A stretch of DNA of 64,000 bases, from IMG/VR virus record IMGVR_UViG_3300045135_002615, positions 232,643-296,642 of that record; one strand, 5' to 3'. The translations under genes were made by a program, and so were the position numbers. Below are positions 39,047 to 48,991 of the stretch, one piece after another (position 1 is the first letter of the stretch; each line of letters opens with the position of its first letter). The notes beneath the pieces were generated by a model. It was not told the DNA's origin, searched no databases, and saw only the letters and a list, made by a program, of their open reading frames with translations.

Positions 39047-39574
39047 ATGGAGCTAAATGAAAGAGTCGCAAAAAGGTACTTGTCTGCCTACCGCAAAGGG
39101 GACATTGAGATCAAAGTGGATACTCCAGAGGATCGTGATGCCAACTTTTCGGTGGGGCTTTATCGAGGTGACTCTCATGTGGGGTGGTGCGAAGCACATG
39201 TGGAGGCATACACAATACATGAACTCGAAGATTTTAATTGTTACAAGGACATCATGTCTGTGACCGCAACATGGTTAGCGGACATGGAAGAAGCGACCAA
39301 CGCAGTGACGGGTGTCGAAGGTATCTTGGTTGTAGAGGTTGTCTCTAGTGAATTAGAGGAGTCTCTTCAAGGTAAGAAGTGTGGCTATCAAATGTACCTG
39401 AAACTCATCCAAGAGGTATACAAAGAGTACGGCAGAATACCTTTTGTGTTCATCCCGAACTACTGTCACAATAGGTCTACCTCTGATGAGGCTCTAAGGG
39501 TATGGGCATCATTCGCCCGTAAATACCCTTCTGAAGGGGACGTTATTCTGATCACTCGTTACCCGAACCGATAA
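39047..39574 (+). CDS. GNAT-fold-like protein with RVAKRY N-terminal leader
   Basis: VVSSELEESLQGKKCGYQMY (motif A-like Q-G-x-G) and STSDEALRVW. Confidence 0.55.
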   Translation: MELNERVAKRYLSAYRKGDIEIKVDTPEDRDANFSVGLYRGDSHVGWCEAHVEAYTIHELEDFNCYKDIMSVTATWLADMEEATNAVTGVEGILVVEVVSSELEESLQGKKCGYQMYLKLIQEVYKEYGRIPFVFIPNYCHNRSTSDEALRVWASFARKYPSEGDVILITRYPNR

Positions 39575-39626
39575 AGTTTTAGATCGTTAATAGAGCCCCT
39601 TCTCAGACAACACAACAGGAGGGGTT

Positions 39627-40859
39627 ATGTCATATAAGGTCGATACCAATCTAACACAGATCAAAGTAGCTACAGACGCTACCTCATATACTCTCACACC
39701 GACAGACGAGGTGTATGTAGCATATGAGGGTCAGACCGTCACGCTACCTTCATTAGCTAATAGTCTTGGCAGGAGATACTTCGTAAAGTTAGGTTCTGTT
39801 GCCACTACAGGTTTTACGCTAACCGCAGGTGATGGTGACAACATTGAAGGTTCTTCAAGTGTCTCTGTCACTACAGACTTTGGGTCTGTAGAGGTCATCG
39901 GTGGCAGTTCTGCATGGTTGATTGGACAAAAGAGTTCCAAGCTCGAAGGTACTGGGTCGGAGGTCTCTGTGTCTGACGCGGGTGGGACTGCAACAATAGG
40001 CTTGCCCGATAGTGTGAGTGTTACGAGTAGTCTGACCGTAGCTGGATTAACATATCCCACTACGGACGGTACTACGGGTCAAGTGATCTCTACTAATGGT
40101 TCAGGTACATTAGGGTGGTCATCAGCAGGTGGTGGAGGGAGTACGACAGAGACACTATTCAAGATCGCTGATGGCAACACCACTTCCGATGGGACACTTG
40201 ACTTTGGTTTTTATGTGGAAAGGAACGCAACATCATGGGCGGGCTTTGTGTGGGACGAGAGCCAAGATCGTTTTATCCCCTTTGTGACAACAACAGAGCC
40301 GACAACTACTCTAACAGGAACTACCGCGAACATGGGTGCTAATATCCTGTACGCCACCACTGTCTCGGCTACTAACGTATCAAGCAGCTCTATCCTTTCG
40401 ACCAACGATATTCAAGCTGACAGCAACATTGTTGCTATTGCGGATGTCGCTGCATGGGGGACTCTTTTAGAGAGGTCTTACCCAACGACGTATAATAATG
40501 GGAGTACTTCTTCGGGTACTCCGACCGTACTGAATACGAACGACGTGTTGAGGTACTACCTCACCCTTGATGCAAACAATGCGGATCGGTATTACCAGTT
40601 CCCTACTGCTTCTGATCTCTATACTCAGATGAATAGCAGCAAGCCTACTTCAAACGTAGAGTTCAAGACTACCAACTTGATGAGGGCTGTTGATACGGCA
40701 GGTGTGAGTTCGGTCACTGTCCAAAACAACACGGGGGTGACTTTTTATGAGTCAGGTTCAAGCCTCCCTGTGACTGAGTTCGCCATGTTCCCAGGTACTG
40801 TGAGGGTGATGCACATCATCACTACGTCATCCACAACTGCGGATGTCATCTTGATCTGA
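39627..40859 (+). CDS. Tail fibre-like protein sharing the adaptor N-domain (paralog 3)
   Basis: MSYKVDTNL N-terminus; YPTTDGTTGQVISTNGSGTLGW fibre motif; GFYVER..WDES shared with the giant proteins. Confidence 0.75.
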   Translation: MSYKVDTNLTQIKVATDATSYTLTPTDEVYVAYEGQTVTLPSLANSLGRRYFVKLGSVATTGFTLTAGDGDNIEGSSSVSVTTDFGSVEVIGGSSAWLIGQKSSKLEGTGSEVSVSDAGGTATIGLPDSVSVTSSLTVAGLTYPTTDGTTGQVISTNGSGTLGWSSAGGGGSTTETLFKIADGNTTSDGTLDFGFYVERNATSWAGFVWDESQDRFIPFVTTTEPTTTLTGTTANMGANILYATTVSATNVSSSSILSTNDIQADSNIVAIADVAAWGTLLERSYPTTYNNGSTSSGTPTVLNTNDVLRYYLTLDANNADRYYQFPTASDLYTQMNSSKPTSNVEFKTTNLMRAVDTAGVSSVTVQNNTGVTFYESGSSLPVTEFAMFPGTVRVMHIITTSSTTADVILI

Positions 40860-40914
40860 TTTTTTATTCCTTTTATTGTGTCCTTCTATGGCAACTTCCA
40901 TTTGGAGAATGTAT

Positions 40915-41295
40915 ATGAGAAGAACAGCTAGTGAGATGATTAACGACCTTGAGATCAGGGTAGCCCGACTTGAGTCAAAGAAGGCTTTTTTTGGACTCTT
41001 CAGGAAGAGAGACGTAGTAGACGAACTGGTTGAGCAGATACTTAAGACTCAAGGAGTGGAGATCAATAAGATTAAGAGAAAGGAAATCAGTAGAGACTCT
41101 ACTTTGGTGAAGGGTAGGCTTGTCAATGGCGTAGAGTTCGAGATTTATCATGTTTTCCACCCTGTAGACTATGATATGGGTAGGTTTGAAGTTAAGTTCG
41201 ATGGTCGCATGGTCTATAGAGACGTATATAAGAATGGGCTTGGTAATTTCCTAGATCATAATGACATCGAGAAGGATATAAAGCCTTTTAAATAA
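40915..41295 (+). CDS. Hypothetical protein with RRTAS..RVARLE leader
   Basis: MRRTASEMINDLEIRVARLESKKAFFGLFRKR; GGAG SD. Confidence 0.7.
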   Translation: MRRTASEMINDLEIRVARLESKKAFFGLFRKRDVVDELVEQILKTQGVEINKIKRKEISRDSTLVKGRLVNGVEFEIYHVFHPVDYDMGRFEVKFDGRMVYRDVYKNGLGNFLDHNDIEKDIKPFK

Positions 41296-41746
41296 GAGTG
41301 AGCATCTTGATGTAGAGGATCAAGGCGGCGAAGAACATCTGTGTGATGGCTAAGTCAAACACCGGTATCTTGAAGCCCTTTGAATAGCGACATATGTCGG
41401 AAGTCTCCCTTAAGGGTAATGATCCTCTAATGAGATCCACTACCGCCCCCGCGAAGAATATGTCCCAATACATGCTCCCTGTGTCCACACAGAATAGTAC
41501 ACAGCCGATTAGATTGGGTACTCTTGGGGCGATACTTACAAGGGCGTCTTGCTTGAGTGTAAGATTGCCCTCGTATAGATAGCTAACTGACCCATATACG
41601 AACCCAAGTTTAGGGTGTTTATGGGGATAAGGTTTAATACTCCATGAGGTGACCTCTTTGAATCTTTTAAGGGCGAGGAGGTGAGCACCTTCATGGATGT
41701 ACGTCCACGAGATGTATGTGATAAGTGCCATTAGGGTATAGAACAT
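41288..41746 (-). CDS. Membrane zinc metallopeptidase-like protein (M50/DUF3267-like)
   Basis: IHEGAH (HExxH) within a hydrophobic helix, VSIAP, further TM segments. Confidence 0.7.
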   Translation of the reverse strand: MFYTLMALITYISWTYIHEGAHLLALKRFKEVTSWSIKPYPHKHPKLGFVYGSVSYLYEGNLTLKQDALVSIAPRVPNLIGCVLFCVDTGSMYWDIFFAGAVVDLIRGSLPLRETSDICRYSKGFKIPVFDLAITQMFFAALILYIKMLTLI

Positions 41747-41827
41747 AAGCTCTCCTTGTGGTATAAGGCTTTACTATCGGGGGGCTTGGTATAAATAAAC
41801 AACCCCCACAAACCTATGGAGAAACGC

Positions 41828-42832
41828 ATGAGCGATTTTACATTCACAAGAGGCACTTTCATTAAGCTCCGTGCCAACTCAGTCATCCACCTTGGTCGCC
41901 TTGAGCGTAACATCTATGAAGGTGATGTTGTTGAGTTTGACGGGCTTTCACTTAAGTTCAATGGTCAAGACATTGATATGCCAGAGCTCAAGGCGGGCAT
42001 CAAGCGTGGTTGGCTCTCTATCGTTGAAGAAAATGCCCAACCAGAGATCAAGAAGCCCGAAGTCAAGAAGGCTACCGAGATGCCTGTGCAGAAGGTGTAT
42101 GACGAGGAGAGGTCTGTAGCTGAGGTCACTGAGACCAAGCCATCGGAAGAGCCTAAAAAATTCCCCGTTGTGGTTCGTCAAGATGAGGATGGCATTGCTG
42201 TCGCCTCTATTGAGAGCAAGTCAGGTGCTGAGGTTTCCTCAGCTTCTTCTGCTTCTGACGGCATCTCAGAGTCACAGGGTGCTGATCCCGTAAGTACAAT
42301 CAAGCTCAAGACCGCTTCTAAGCAGAAGACTGTGATTAGTGAGGGTAGTCAAGCCTCTGCTGAGATCAGTCGTCTTGAGAACATCGAGGCTTCCGTGACA
42401 TCTCGTAAGGTTGAAGAGGGCATTGACCCTGTCCCCGTAGAGGAGGCTGTTCAGATCAATGATGAGGTAGACATTATTGAGGCACTCGCCACTCCTGAAG
42501 AGACCCCTTCTGAGGAGAACACCTCTCTTGAGCTCGAAGATGAGCCCACGTCTACTCCCGAAGAGGACGCGGCACTTGAGACCGCACAGCTCCTTCAAGC
42601 GATTGAGGGTGATGTTGACCCCTCTGTCGGTGCTGTAGCGATTGGTAAGGATGACTCCAAGATCAAGGTTCTCCCTGGTGGTATCGAGTGGGACACCTCA
42701 AAGCATTGGAGTAAGAGGGCTAAGATCGCTATGGACCTCTATGGTAACGATCCTGAGACCCTTGAGGCAATCAAGGCTGTAGAGACTAAGGGTGTGGTCG
42801 CTGCTATTGAGAAGGCAGTCGAGGAAGCCTAA
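41828..42832 (+). CDS. Acidic, largely disordered hypothetical protein
   Basis: Glu/Ser/Pro-rich centre with small folded ends; strong codon bias; own terminator. Confidence 0.75.
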   Translation: MSDFTFTRGTFIKLRANSVIHLGRLERNIYEGDVVEFDGLSLKFNGQDIDMPELKAGIKRGWLSIVEENAQPEIKKPEVKKATEMPVQKVYDEERSVAEVTETKPSEEPKKFPVVVRQDEDGIAVASIESKSGAEVSSASSASDGISESQGADPVSTIKLKTASKQKTVISEGSQASAEISRLENIEASVTSRKVEEGIDPVPVEEAVQINDEVDIIEALATPEETPSEENTSLELEDEPTSTPEEDAALETAQLLQAIEGDVDPSVGAVAIGKDDSKIKVLPGGIEWDTSKHWSKRAKIAMDLYGNDPETLEAIKAVETKGVVAAIEKAVEEA

Positions 42833-42862
42833 AAAAACACACCCCATAGTTCGATTTGATAT

Positions 42863-42903
42863 AAAGAGCCATAGGGTCATCAGACCTTGTGGCTCTTTTT
42901 TTT
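42863..42903 (+). terminator. Intrinsic terminator
   Basis: AAAGAGCCATAGGGTC-ATCA-GACCTTGTGGCTCTTT plus T-run. Confidence 0.8.
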
Positions 42904-42953
42904 CTGTTTATGAGCCACACCTTCATGACAAGCACACCATGAAAGAGTTACGC

Positions 42954-43379
42954 ATGAATAAAATTTTTGATCAATACGTCACCCCCACTCGTAGGGCTTT
43001 CTACAAACTTGAGCAAATGGGAGAGATGCCTGAGTTTGTACTAGAGGCAGAACGCATCTTTGAGCGTCATGTCCGTGAGATGGAGCGTCTAATGAGAATC
43101 CTCAAAATGGGTCAAAGGTACACGCTGTCTGAGCTAGATCAAATGGTCGAGTCAGTTATCTCGGACCCCTCGACACTTTCAAGAGCGAGGATTGTTATCA
43201 TCCGAGGTCAGCGTAAAATCCAATTAAGCTATGAGGCTGAACAGCTCCTTGTCCAAATTAAAAAGAACATCTTGGCTATTAAGGCTGTTCGAGAGGCTCA
43301 GTTTAAAAACCTAATGGATCTCCGTGAGCATCTCATCTCCGTTCTCAGCATCCTAGATCAGTTGTCTAGTTCTTTTTAA
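42954..43379 (+). CDS. Hypothetical helical protein
   Basis: Leader resembles that of gene 6067 (TCTGTTTATG..ACAAGC..ACCATGAA). Confidence 0.6.
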   Translation: MNKIFDQYVTPTRRAFYKLEQMGEMPEFVLEAERIFERHVREMERLMRILKMGQRYTLSELDQMVESVISDPSTLSRARIVIIRGQRKIQLSYEAEQLLVQIKKNILAIKAVREAQFKNLMDLREHLISVLSILDQLSSSF

Positions 43380-43755
43380 GGCTACGCCAAACCGAGCGAT
43401 ACGCTTCTAGATAAGTATCAAGGCGGTCTGTTAGACATGAGGCATCTCCGAAGTATATCGGGATGTCTAGTCTCAGACCGCCTTCTTCGTTTTCTGGGTG
43501 GATTATGATGAGGATCATCTTGATCTCTAACTTCAAAGTGATCCGAACATCCTCATGTATCCAATAGGGGTTGCCTTCATCAAAGACCCCCTCCGCCATA
43601 CCGCACTCAAAGTTGATCTGATCTACAATCCTTATGAGTGGGTTGTAGCTCAGGGGAGTATTTTGACTACCTTGATTGTGTTGGCTCTGTCTCCACTCGT
43701 CAAAGACGTTGGGGATGACCCTACGCTTGCCCTCAATCTTTTTTGTCAGATACAT
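43366..43755 (-). CDS. GKR-family paralog (hypothetical)
   Basis: TKKIEGKRRV N-terminus; LDTYLEAYRSVWR C-terminus. Confidence 0.7.
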   Translation of the reverse strand: MYLTKKIEGKRRVIPNVFDEWRQSQHNQGSQNTPLSYNPLIRIVDQINFECGMAEGVFDEGNPYWIHEDVRITLKLEIKMILIIIHPENEEGGLRLDIPIYFGDASCLTDRLDTYLEAYRSVWRSLKKN

Positions 43756-44086
43756 GGGCTAACCATACTTCTCTAAAGTCGTCCATGAACTTAGTGCAGA
43801 AAACTTTGAAGGAGGTAGAGTCGGACCCTTTGATGTGGTTCTCATAGCTAATCGACCATCTCCATGTGATGTCTCGATCTATGGTCACCTGCCAATTAAG
43901 AGGGTAAACCTTCCCCCTGAAGATAACACCTCCAACATGGTGTTCAGGAGATTGAAGGGTGAGGTTAAGTTCCTCTAAAAAGGTCTTAGTCTCTTCCCTT
44001 GCATATTGGTGGTTCTTGTAGACTTCATTACAATCTCTTGTAGTGAGTACTCTTACCCCATCTTCCATTGTAGTCCACTTACTCAT
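43733..44086 (-). CDS. GKR-family paralog (hypothetical)
   Basis: MSKWTTMEDGVRV N-terminus; FMDDFREVW C-terminus. Confidence 0.7.
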   Translation of the reverse strand: MSKWTTMEDGVRVLTTRDCNEVYKNHQYAREETKTFLEELNLTLQSPEHHVGGVIFRGKVYPLNWQVTIDRDITWRWSISYENHIKGSDSTSFKVFCTKFMDDFREVWLAHVSDKKD

Positions 44087-44519
44087 CTACGAACCCTAGT
44101 CCTCTCCTCGTGTTGTGGATCACGGGGAAACATCGCTCACCGATCAAGATGAGTGTGCCTAAGAGGGAAGGGTCTTTAGGGTGAGCGATGAGCCCATCTA
44201 CAACGCCCTCTTCAATCCCCATGTTCTCAAGGCTCTTTAAGGCATCTTCCTCTGAGCGATGATGTATCTCCCACTTCTCTTGGTCACCTCTCTCCTTAAC
44301 CATATCAAGCATGGCTTTGATGACTTCTTCGGGGGTAGCTTCCATACCCCATGTGAGTACAGTCTCTCGGTTAGAGGGTTCCTCTACCCATTTGAGTAGC
44401 TTCTCACCTTTAGGGTCTCCTACGAGGAGGGGCTTACACAGAGGAGGTACGTTGACTTCAAGGAATAGGGGGGTGTTCTTATTCCCCGTCATCTTCACGA
44501 TCTCTAACATCTTCATCAT
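44079..44519 (-). CDS. Hypothetical protein
   Basis: ORF in a tightly overlapping operon. Confidence 0.65.
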   Translation of the reverse strand: MMKMLEIVKMTGNKNTPLFLEVNVPPLCKPLLVGDPKGEKLLKWVEEPSNRETVLTWGMEATPEEVIKAMLDMVKERGDQEKWEIHHRSEEDALKSLENMGIEEGVVDGLIAHPKDPSLLGTLILIGERCFPVIHNTRRGLGFVDE

Positions 44520-44895
44520 CTTCTTCTTGTGAGAGCACCCATAGCAGAGCGGCTACATCAGGGTACTTGGTTGCGATCTGACCCAGGTCTCCCTCATTTA
44601 GGAGCTTGTCAAACTCTTCTTCAAAGGAGTTCTCAATCTCCTCTTTTGAGCGGAAGGGTTTGAAGAAGGGGCATGTGTTGGGTACGGAAGGGTCACAGAT
44701 AGTACCTTCCCATTCTCTAGGTTTATCTGCTTCAAGCAAACAGACATGAAACAAAGGCTCTGAGGCGTTACCCCTAACGAGTCCTGAGTGTTTGCAGTTG
44801 CAAGGTTTCTTAGACGTGCCTGTCCTCACCGCCTTCTGTAAGAGTCGGTGTCTGACTTGCTTGAGCTTGTGTTTGATAGCACCGATCTTTTTCAT
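44479..44895 (-). CDS. Hypothetical Cys-rich protein
   Basis: PCNCKH..VC..ICD..TCPFF. Confidence 0.7.
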   Translation of the reverse strand: MKKIGAIKHKLKQVRHRLLQKAVRTGTSKKPCNCKHSGLVRGNASEPLFHVCLLEADKPREWEGTICDPSVPNTCPFFKPFRSKEEIENSFEEEFDKLLNEGDLGQIATKYPDVAALLWVLSQEEDDEDVRDREDDGE

Positions 44896-45512
44896 TTGAT
44901 TCTCTTTAGCTTAGCTCCATGCTTGGAGGGGCTGATGCGATAACCTATATCAGCACCTTCAGCAATACTGCTGTCGTGTGTGATACATAGGATGTCCATC
45001 TCTAATCTCTTACAGAGTACCTTTAGGAAGTCAACCAAGATGTCTACACGATCCCCATCTACGGCAGGGAACGTCTCATCGAGGATAAGCAAGGGGCGGA
45101 GACCCCTCTTTAAGATCAGCGACACACGCAGTAAGAGACTTTGGATTGTTGTGACTGCTCCGCCAAAGGCATCCAGCCCATCGCCTTCAATCTCTAACCC
45201 ATCTTTACCTTTAAAGGTAGTACGCAACTTGACCGCGACCTTACCCCTCACCTTTGTCACCTCTGCGGTCAAACCCACCTCTTGCTCTGGGAAGATCGCT
45301 TTCAAACCTTCTTCCAACAAAGAGATATAGGTCTTAACCCCACGCTCTACTTCATCTTCCGCTAGGGTATCGAGAATAGCCCCTGCTTCTGTTTTTTGGT
45401 CTAGGTCTATGTCAAGGTATGCGATCTCTTTTTCGAGGTCTTTAATGCGTGCTTCTGTGGCTTCTTTAAGTGTCTGTAAACGATATAGTCTTGATGACAG
45501 GTTGTGGCTCAT
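44892..45512 (-). CDS. C-terminal half of an SbcC/Rad50 (SMC-like ABC) ATPase
   Basis: Coiled coil then FGGA signature, LLILDE Walker B, AVD D-loop, CITHD H-switch; no Walker A. Confidence 0.8.
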   Translation of the reverse strand: MSHNLSSRLYRLQTLKEATEARIKDLEKEIAYLDIDLDQKTEAGAILDTLAEDEVERGVKTYISLLEEGLKAIFPEQEVGLTAEVTKVRGKVAVKLRTTFKGKDGLEIEGDGLDAFGGAVTTIQSLLLRVSLILKRGLRPLLILDETFPAVDGDRVDILVDFLKVLCKRLEMDILCITHDSSIAEGADIGYRISPSKHGAKLKRIK

Positions 45513-45550
45513 AGGGACTCCGATTTAGTTGTGTCCCTCTGTTATACAAT

Positions 45551-45889
45551 CTATCCAACACCATAGGCGTATGTGTATGATCGACAAGCCAATACGCCCT
45601 GCTCATTCTCATACAAGTGAGTCGTGTCATCCCAATCTTCAATATTGAAGTTGCTCTCAATCACTTGATAGTCAGGACTCAATAACAACCGAGCGTCCTC
45701 ATCGTTCTCGGCTTCAATATACGCATGTACACAGAGTCCTGTACCCTTCAAGTAGATCAGCTCTACGAGTACAAGGAACTCTGATTGTGGGAAGCTAGAC
45801 TTGATTGCACTTTTGAAAGTAGACTCAAGTTCTCTAAGCCTCCCTTCATACTCAGTTAGGGCGGCGTCTACAAAAGCTGAAGGGTTCAT
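45551..45889 (-). CDS. Hypothetical protein
   Basis: TAAGGAG SD; 112 aa. Confidence 0.65.
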   Translation of the reverse strand: MNPSAFVDAALTEYEGRLRELESTFKSAIKSSFPQSEFLVLVELIYLKGTGLCVHAYIEAENDEDARLLLSPDYQVIESNFNIEDWDDTTHLYENEQGVLACRSYTYAYGVG

Positions 45890-45959
45890 GCCTCACTCCT
45901 TATTAAGTGACATATGAGTAACACATGCTAAGGAGGTCGATATGAATAGATCAAGTAAG

Positions 45960-45992
45960 AAAAAAAAAGGTGTCCGCAAAGACACCTTTTTT
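45960..45992 (-). terminator. Intrinsic (bidirectional-looking) terminator after the clamp gene
   Basis: A-run, GGTGTC-CGCAAA-GACACC, T-run. Confidence 0.8.
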
Positions 45993-46015
45993 CTATGCTT
46001 GACAGATGGTGGTTT

Positions 46016-47227
46016 TTACATCATCCAACCGATAACCGCTACTGTCTGAACACCTGCGGTAGAAGCACCCTTGAAGACCATGTAACCCTTGTTGCCCTCT
46101 TGGTTGCAACCAATGACCACATTGTCACCCATTGTCTCAATAGCACGCTTCATGTTCAAGTAGTTGAACTTGAACTCAGGGATGTCATCGCCCTCTGCTT
46201 GAGTATTGAGGCGAGAGTGGTACATGAGATCACCTGGATCAGTAATGTCCTCAGCGTTCTCAACATTGAACTCAGGAACCTCAAGTGTGTACGAGAGAGT
46301 ACCCTTGCCACTATTGGGCTTCATCTCCAAGCAAGGAGCACCCATATCACCCTCTGCATGTGAGAAGGTGACCCTAAGGTCGGTGGCGTCAGCACCGGCG
46401 GACAAGAAGTTAATCCCTGTCATGATGCTGTTCTTGCTAACACGCCATACACGGCGAGGAGTCCAATCAAAAGCCTCTGCATACTGAGTCATCATAGCGG
46501 GGAAGGTGTGAGGGAGATCCATTGTCCCAAACACAGCACCATCCTCTGCACGATAGAACGTAGCAGAACCGCCCTTAAGAACCTCAATCACATTACCCTC
46601 ATAAGCCTTCAAGAACTTCATAAGAGGGGCGATGTCCTTGTGGTGGAGCTTAATGTCAAGACCTTTGAACTCCTCATGGCGAGCAACAGAGAGTGAAAAC
46701 CCATCACAGGCGAACGCATCCCCGCTCTCTTGAATGACGAGCATGGCGAGCTCAGGGCGGCGATTGTCGTCTTGTGAAACATAACCCTTCAAGTTGTTGA
46801 GTGTGTCATAGAGCACAGATGAGGAGATGTCCTTAACCTTCTCCGCCTCTTCGAGCTTCTCCATCCATGAAGGGAATGCCTCTGGGTCAAGACTGCTCAG
46901 AGTAAGAGAGCCGTTCTTGCTCTTAATACTCACCTCGCCCTGCTCATCCTCCTCCTCGCTGTGGGTGATCTCAAGGACACCGCTCGTAGCGGAGATCGCC
47001 TTCAAGATACGCTTACCATCAAGGCTGAACGAACTGCTGTCTTGAATGGTAGCCCCCGAAAGAGGGATCTTTGAGAAGATACGAGGAGGAGAACAAGAGA
47101 GTACTGACGCCCCGCTCCCTTCACGGACAAAAACAAAGTGTGACGTGATGTCTGAAGAAGTACCGAGTGTGCTTTGGCTGATCCCAAGTGTCTCTTTGAG
47201 ATCGGGTGTTGAAATGGTGACCTTCAT
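46016..47227 (-). CDS. dnaN: DNA polymerase sliding clamp, beta (DnaN)-like
   Basis: ~400 aa; LDPEAFP, SQDDNRRPEL, AFACDGFSL, FNYLNM motifs colinear with DnaN. Confidence 0.75.
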   Translation of the reverse strand: MKVTISTPDLKETLGISQSTLGTSSDITSHFVFVREGSGASVLSCSPPRIFSKIPLSGATIQDSSSFSLDGKRILKAISATSGVLEITHSEEEDEQGEVSIKSKNGSLTLSSLDPEAFPSWMEKLEEAEKVKDISSSVLYDTLNNLKGYVSQDDNRRPELAMLVIQESGDAFACDGFSLSVARHEEFKGLDIKLHHKDIAPLMKFLKAYEGNVIEVLKGGSATFYRAEDGAVFGTMDLPHTFPAMMTQYAEAFDWTPRRVWRVSKNSIMTGINFLSAGADATDLRVTFSHAEGDMGAPCLEMKPNSGKGTLSYTLEVPEFNVENAEDITDPGDLMYHSRLNTQAEGDDIPEFKFNYLNMKRAIETMGDNVVIGCNQEGNKGYMVFKGASTAGVQTVAVIGWMM

Positions 47228-47317
47228 GTGAGGTGATTCCTTTCCATTTGGTTAAAGTCAGAACCCGCGTCAGTGTACCACATCAACGGGCATGTCTCGC
47301 TTATATTAAGCAAGCAC

Positions 47318-47347
47318 AAAAAAAGCCCCTCATCTCTGAGGAGCTTT
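47318..47347 (-). terminator. Intrinsic terminator
   Basis: Minus strand AAAGCTCCTCA-GAGA-TGAGGGGCTTTTTTT. Confidence 0.7.
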
Positions 47348-47349
47348 GC

Positions 47350-47742
47350 TCATTGGGTGACCCTGTGCCTAAGAATCTTGGTCATTTCCATGACCCGCTC
47401 AAGATTGTGCATGAGTCTTATTCGCCTGTGTCTTGTCTCTTCTTTCAGTCCTTCGTGACTTTCCCTCATCAAGATGGAGATGAAGGCTCTGTTCACTTCT
47501 TTGGTCTCCAACCATGTCTGATAAATACCATCATACAAGAGGCGGTGTTTGTTTCGGTCAACTACACCCATTAATGTCTCAAGGGTTTTTACTGTCTCTT
47601 TAATCTTCGACTCAATGTCCACATTATACGGGTATTCATTAAGAAGGGGAGAGGCTTGGGGGTGATGGTAAGTGTCTTTTGAAGGAGTGAGTGACATGGC
47701 ACCGATCAAGGTCAATGCCGTTAAGCAGTAGACCCATCTCAT
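47350..47742 (-). CDS. Hypothetical protein with signal peptide
   Basis: MRWVYCLTALTLIGAMS N-terminus. Confidence 0.65.
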   Translation of the reverse strand: MRWVYCLTALTLIGAMSLTPSKDTYHHPQASPLLNEYPYNVDIESKIKETVKTLETLMGVVDRNKHRLLYDGIYQTWLETKEVNRAFISILMRESHEGLKEETRHRRIRLMHNLERVMEMTKILRHRVTQ

Positions 47743-48002
47743 AGGTTCTCAATCCTTGACTCAATCCTTGAGATCACTTCATCAGCTTCGTTAAGTGCTA
47801 CCTTAAGTTCCTCAACCATGCGGTTACGCTCAGAGGTCAACCTCTCAATCTCTTCCTTCAATCTATCAGGGTCGATGCCTTTACCCCTTAAGCGTTGGTC
47901 TAGCTGGGCTAGATTTGCAGTCGCGGCTTCTAGCTTTCCGAGTAGGCGTTCTTTACGCCTTTCGAGGTCAGCCTTCTTTTGAGCGAGTTCTTGCAGGTTC
48001 AT
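47739..48002 (-). CDS. Small coiled-coil protein
   Basis: Heptad pattern with central GIDP turn; AAGGAG SD. Confidence 0.75.
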   Translation of the reverse strand: MNLQELAQKKADLERRKERLLGKLEAATANLAQLDQRLRGKGIDPDRLKEEIERLTSERNRMVEELKVALNEADEVISRIESRIENL

Positions 48003-48042
48003 GTTAGCTCCTTTGTTGGGTGTTACCTGTACACACCTTATA

Positions 48043-48573
48043 CTAAGATGCCCGATACCCTTCGCGGAAGAAATCTAACACCATGTCCAACAAGGTTGTG
48101 AAGCTCCTCGGAGAGTCTACATTTAGAATCAGATGGTTTACGATCTCGCCCTTGCTGTACTTATGGAAGGTAGCGGTGAACCTCGCATCGTTCGGTGAGT
48201 GAGATGGGACTAGAATCAAAGCGGTGGGGTCGAAGTACAAGCAAAGGGTATAGACATCCGACCCCTCAGCGTGTCGAGCTACTCCGACCACAGTCAAGTC
48301 CTCATCTTTGTAGATATCCTGGTCGAACTCAAGTACCTTGTCTCGTCCCGTTTCGTCTTTAAGTTTGCGTCCGTATGGGTGTGCGAGGGTAGGGGAGAAC
48401 CCTGTGTAGGTTGATAGGTTACACTCAACCATCGCTTCCCACCACGCTTGTTGGAGGTTCTCTGACATTTTATTTGTTTGACAGAAGACCTCGTAGTTGT
48501 CGAACCTATGCCACCAAGAACCTTCACGGGCGACTCTCTTACCCTCTACAATCTCAGTCCAATTGTTTGACAC
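48043..48573 (-). CDS. GKR-family paralog
   Basis: WTEIVEGKRVA N-terminus; SFTTLLDMVLDFFRE C-terminus. Confidence 0.75.
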   Translation of the reverse strand: MSNNWTEIVEGKRVAREGSWWHRFDNYEVFCQTNKMSENLQQAWWEAMVECNLSTYTGFSPTLAHPYGRKLKDETGRDKVLEFDQDIYKDEDLTVVGVARHAEGSDVYTLCLYFDPTALILVPSHSPNDARFTATFHKYSKGEIVNHLILNVDSPRSFTTLLDMVLDFFREGYRAS

Positions 48574-48991
48574 TCTTTTGCTCTCCTAAGTAGTATTGTC
48601 TAAACCCATCAAGTATCTCGTCTAGTAATTTTGAACCCACCCACCCATTGTGTTTGATTCGGTGTATACGAGTGTGTGATGACTTTCGAGCTCCTTGGAC
48701 CCACTCCATTCGGAGCTCTACATCAAGTTGATGCTCATACACTCTCATGAAGTAGGTCGTTCCTTCTGAATGTATGAGCATTGCCCCTACGATCTTTGCA
48801 TTAGGTATGAAGATATAGTCATTCTTGAGCAAGTCGCTTTTCTCGGATAGCTCAACCGTGAGCTTTTGAGGGAACTCAATCCCTATAAACAAGGGTACGA
48901 AGTGAGCCTCAGCTAGTGCATCAGGGAGTTCCTCCCATCTTGAAAAGTTTATGGCTCTCCTCTTACCGTCTATGATTTTAGTATACGTCAC
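48554..48991 (-). CDS. GKR-family paralog
   Basis: GTG start, YTKIIDGKRRA; LLDEILDGFRQYY. Confidence 0.7.
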   Translation of the reverse strand: MTYTKIIDGKRRAINFSRWEELPDALAEAHFVPLFIGIEFPQKLTVELSEKSDLLKNDYIFIPNAKIVGAMLIHSEGTTYFMRVYEHQLDVELRMEWVQGARKSSHTRIHRIKHNGWVGSKLLDEILDGFRQYYLGEQKSVKQLD

